Below the pieces are notes generated by a model. That model was not told the origin of the DNA, searched no databases, and saw only the letters and a program-made list of their open reading frames with translations. Positions 61,089 through 64,000 of a DNA stretch of 64,000 nucleotides are shown piece by piece. Location of the stretch: assembly GCA_964016885.1 (NCBI GenBank), contig OZ024743.1:120838001-120902000 (forward strand), read 5' to 3'. Position numbers and translations under genes: made by a program. This DNA comes from Eledone cirrhosa. Taxonomy: Eukaryota. Every line of letters begins with the position of its first letter. The stretch's first letter is position 1.

Positions 61089-61252
61089 TTTTAATATAGA
61101 TGAGATTCTACAGGACTATGACTGTTTCATTTTTTAGAATAAAACAGTTCTAGTCCTGTAGAATCTCATCTATATTAAAACTTTTATACTCTGCTATGTA
61201 TTGAGTACCTTAATTACTGTGGTTACCTCCGATTCAACCCGGAATAACTTAC

Positions 61253-61253
<1 letters not shown>
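61089..61253. mobile_element. Fold-back mini-element family D
   Basis: Arms 61089-61127 / 61142-61180; tail on the right; TA flanks. Confidence 0.75.
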
Positions 61254-61288
<35 letters not shown>

Positions 61289-61318
61289 ATATCTTATGGA
61301 TAATTTAGGATTCAACTG

Positions 61319-61454
<136 letters not shown>

Positions 61455-61685
61455 TGGAATAGAATAATGTATTTGACAATAGAATTACTACTAGAACTAC
61501 TATGAAAATTACATTGCTTTTCATTTTACTGAATATACTGAAAGAAATACACGACAAGTAATAACAAAAGTAATTGCGGTTAAGTTTACAATTTTAGAAT
61601 TAGTCTGCTTCACACAAAATAAAAAACAAGCCGGAAGGTAATAATAAATGCTAATCTGCAACATACAAATTCACTAGGAGTAGAA

Positions 61686-62023
61686 GGTGCATAGCTTAGT
61701 AGTTAGAGCGTCTGACTTACAATCGTGAAGATGTGAGTTCGATTGCCGGACCGGGCTGTGTTTTGTGTTCTTGAGCCAGACACTTTATTTCACATTGCTT
61801 CAGTTTACTCAGCTGTAGAAATGTGTTGTTACGTCACCAGCGTCACGATGTATCGGCCTTAGCCTTTCCTTTGGACAATATCGGTGACGTGGAAAGGGGA
61901 GACTATCATGCATGGGCAACTACTTGACTTCCACAAAAACCTTGCCCGGACTTGTTCCTCGGAGGGCAACTTTCAAGGTGTAAATCCCATGGTCACTCAT
62001 GATCGAAGGGTGCCTTTTCCCTT
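61686..62023 (+). mobile_element. tRNA-derived SINE family S2 with RTE-like 3' part
   Basis: A-box TAGCTTAGTAGTTAGAGCG, B-box GAGTTCGATTGCC, core TGTGTTCTTGAGCCAGACACTTTA; 3' part GCATGGGCAACT..ACCTTGCCCGG..CCCATGGTC recalled as RTE-related. Confidence 0.75.
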
Positions 62024-62361
62024 TAATGTTCTAAATAATTCTGCTAAATTAATACGTAATAAATCTATATTTAAAATTAACTAATTTATAAACGTAGAAA
62101 TAAATCTTTAAAATTCCAAAATTATCTTTATATAAAATGTAAAAATAGATTCATGTTTCTTAAATTGAACAGTGACCGTCAGATCAACGAAAACGAAATT
62201 GCGTGAATCTCAGAGAAATTTACTCAGAAATTTGAAACCAAATGATTGAAATGGGGCAAAAACGGAAATATAAGTTAGCCAAACAGCACCTACGAATAAC
62301 TTTAAACTGATCCTCGCTCACTCAATTTCCATGTTTTATGCATATCTGGTTTATTTTACAG

Positions 62362-62448
62362 GAATGAACATTTTCGTCGCCTTTTTCGTCTTGTTGCTAT
62401 TGCTGGCAGAATCCACTCCTCGGGCGGCCTCGTCCATTCCTTTAATAG
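62362..62448 (+). CDS. Candidate host exon encoding a signal peptide (copy 1)
   Basis: TTATTTTACAG acceptor, ATG at 62364, MNIFVAFFVLLLLLAESTPRAASSIPLI, AG|GTGAGT donor (phase 1). Confidence 0.7.
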
Positions 62449-62488
62449 GTGAGTCAATCTCATTTTCCACCACTTATTTATGTTACAG

Positions 62489-62572
62489 GAATGAACATTT
62501 TCGTCGCCTTTTTCCTCTTGTTGCTATTGCTGGCCGAGTCAGTCCCTCATGCCGCAACAGTTCCATTGATAG
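62489..62572 (+). CDS. Candidate host exon encoding a signal peptide (copy 2)
   Basis: TTATGTTACAG acceptor, ATG at 62491, MNIFVAFFLLLLLLAESVPHAATVPLI, AG|GTGAGT donor (phase 1). Confidence 0.7.
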
Positions 62573-63399
62573 GTGAGTTTTTCTCCATTCTCTACCACTG
62601 ATTAGAAAAACGATGTTTGTTTCACCAATGACGTCATCGTTTTCACGATCCCATACCCATAAAACGTTTGACCTTAGTAATGCATTCTTTCGTTAATCTC
62701 ACAAGAAAGCACTACTACCGGTCAAACCTCTCACCCAAGAGTGTAATACCCTCTTTGTGCAATGCTTAGGTAATCTAATCATATCTTCATCACTCATGCA
62801 CGAGAGCACCATAGGTAACATAAGATTGATATTTAAAAGCATTTCACTTAACTTGGGACGAACGTTTGGATTAAATTTAAAATGTAATGATTTCTGGAAA
62901 GAATTAATATTTACACAGCAAATTTACCTACCATCAAATGAAAAACATTTTATCTAAATAGCACATAATAATGCCCGGAAAGCATTGCAAAAATCATCGA
63001 TTGGGTTTTTAAATATTTACATTTAATATATTATACTGTTTCAGTGAAAGTATAAAGATAGTTATGTACAGCACGTCTTAATTATAAGGATCATTATACT
63101 TTCGAATACATAGATTAATATATAAGTTGTGTAGACTGCTAATTTTATTCAGAGCCTTTCAATATCTAGCTAGATGGAAGTATTTATATTTCTATCTTAG
63201 GAATGAAATAGGATGAACATTTACGTTTTACAACACGGTATAAGATATACGTCAATTTCTGTTTAATTAACGAGGAACATAATTATTTCTAACATAATTT
63301 ATAGGAATTTAAACACACCCAGTGATGGGTCGGCTAGAATAAGTATATCTTTCTAAATATCATACAGTTCTAAATCTTGGCAGATAGCAAAATAGATTA

Positions 63400-63545
63400 A
63401 TTTCACAATAGATGTGTTTGGCAGAGACATTAGGGCGTTGGCTATCTGTTCAGGGTCTTTGGGTTCTGAGTTCAAATCATGCAGATGACCACTTTGCTTT
63501 TCATCATTTTCGGTGTCGGTAACGGAAGTAACAACATATTGCTGG
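63400..63545 (+). mobile_element. Decayed SINE S1-like copy
   Basis: GTTCTGAGTTCAAATC..ACTTTGCTTTTCATC. Confidence 0.55.
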
Positions 63546-64000
63546 TAGACCCTTCTTTTATTCCAGCTATTATTTTACGCTTCACCAAAGGAAGGATAAT
63601 TGAAAGAGAGTCTGTGTCTGAGCGTAACTTCACGGGCAGCTAAATCTCTTAGTCAAAGAATGGTTCATATTATCATGTCATACTCAATTGTGAGTGACGA
63701 AATTATTACTAGATGTGTGCATGTTTTAGCAATCTCAGTGCCATGAAATCGAACTTAATTAAAAACTATAAATTATTTTCTCCGGCTCCTTACTGATATT
63801 CCGGTCCATAGATATATTTACATAATTAATATTAGAAATGTAAACATGCTCAAACCTGAAATTTCAATTTTAATTCAATTGAGTTTGCTGGAGATGACCG
63901 CTAATTCCGCTAATTATGTCAGTAGGTAGATTTTAATAATTTCACGGTTTTATGGTGGAATTATAGTACTAGATCTAAACGTCTGGCAATTTACATCCAT

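Overview
AT-rich, microsatellite-saturated eukaryotic DNA. The SINE families and repeat style suggest an octopus-type cephalopod genome (inference). It is almost entirely transposon-derived and splits into two zones. (1) About 1.3-24 kb is a (TAA)n hub with roughly 10 stacked R4/Dong-type LINE copies (RT plus restriction-like endonuclease), all on the minus strand. These are interleaved with a tRNA-derived SINE that always lies on the opposite strand, plus L1/Tx1 and RTE fragments. (2) About 16-61 kb is (TA)n-rich. It holds a Penelope-like element (RT + GIY-YIG) with inverted pseudo-LTRs, two internally deleted mariner copies, and more than a dozen short fold-back or direct-repeat cassettes. 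These cassettes carry whole or partial hammerhead ribozyme motifs (about 8 recognisable), and several have a U-U pair at the base of stem II. The only convincing host-gene signal is a tandem pair of duplicated signal-peptide exons at 62362-62572, separated by a 40-nt intron, which are candidate mutually exclusive exons. Most ORFs in the track are translated microsatellites.
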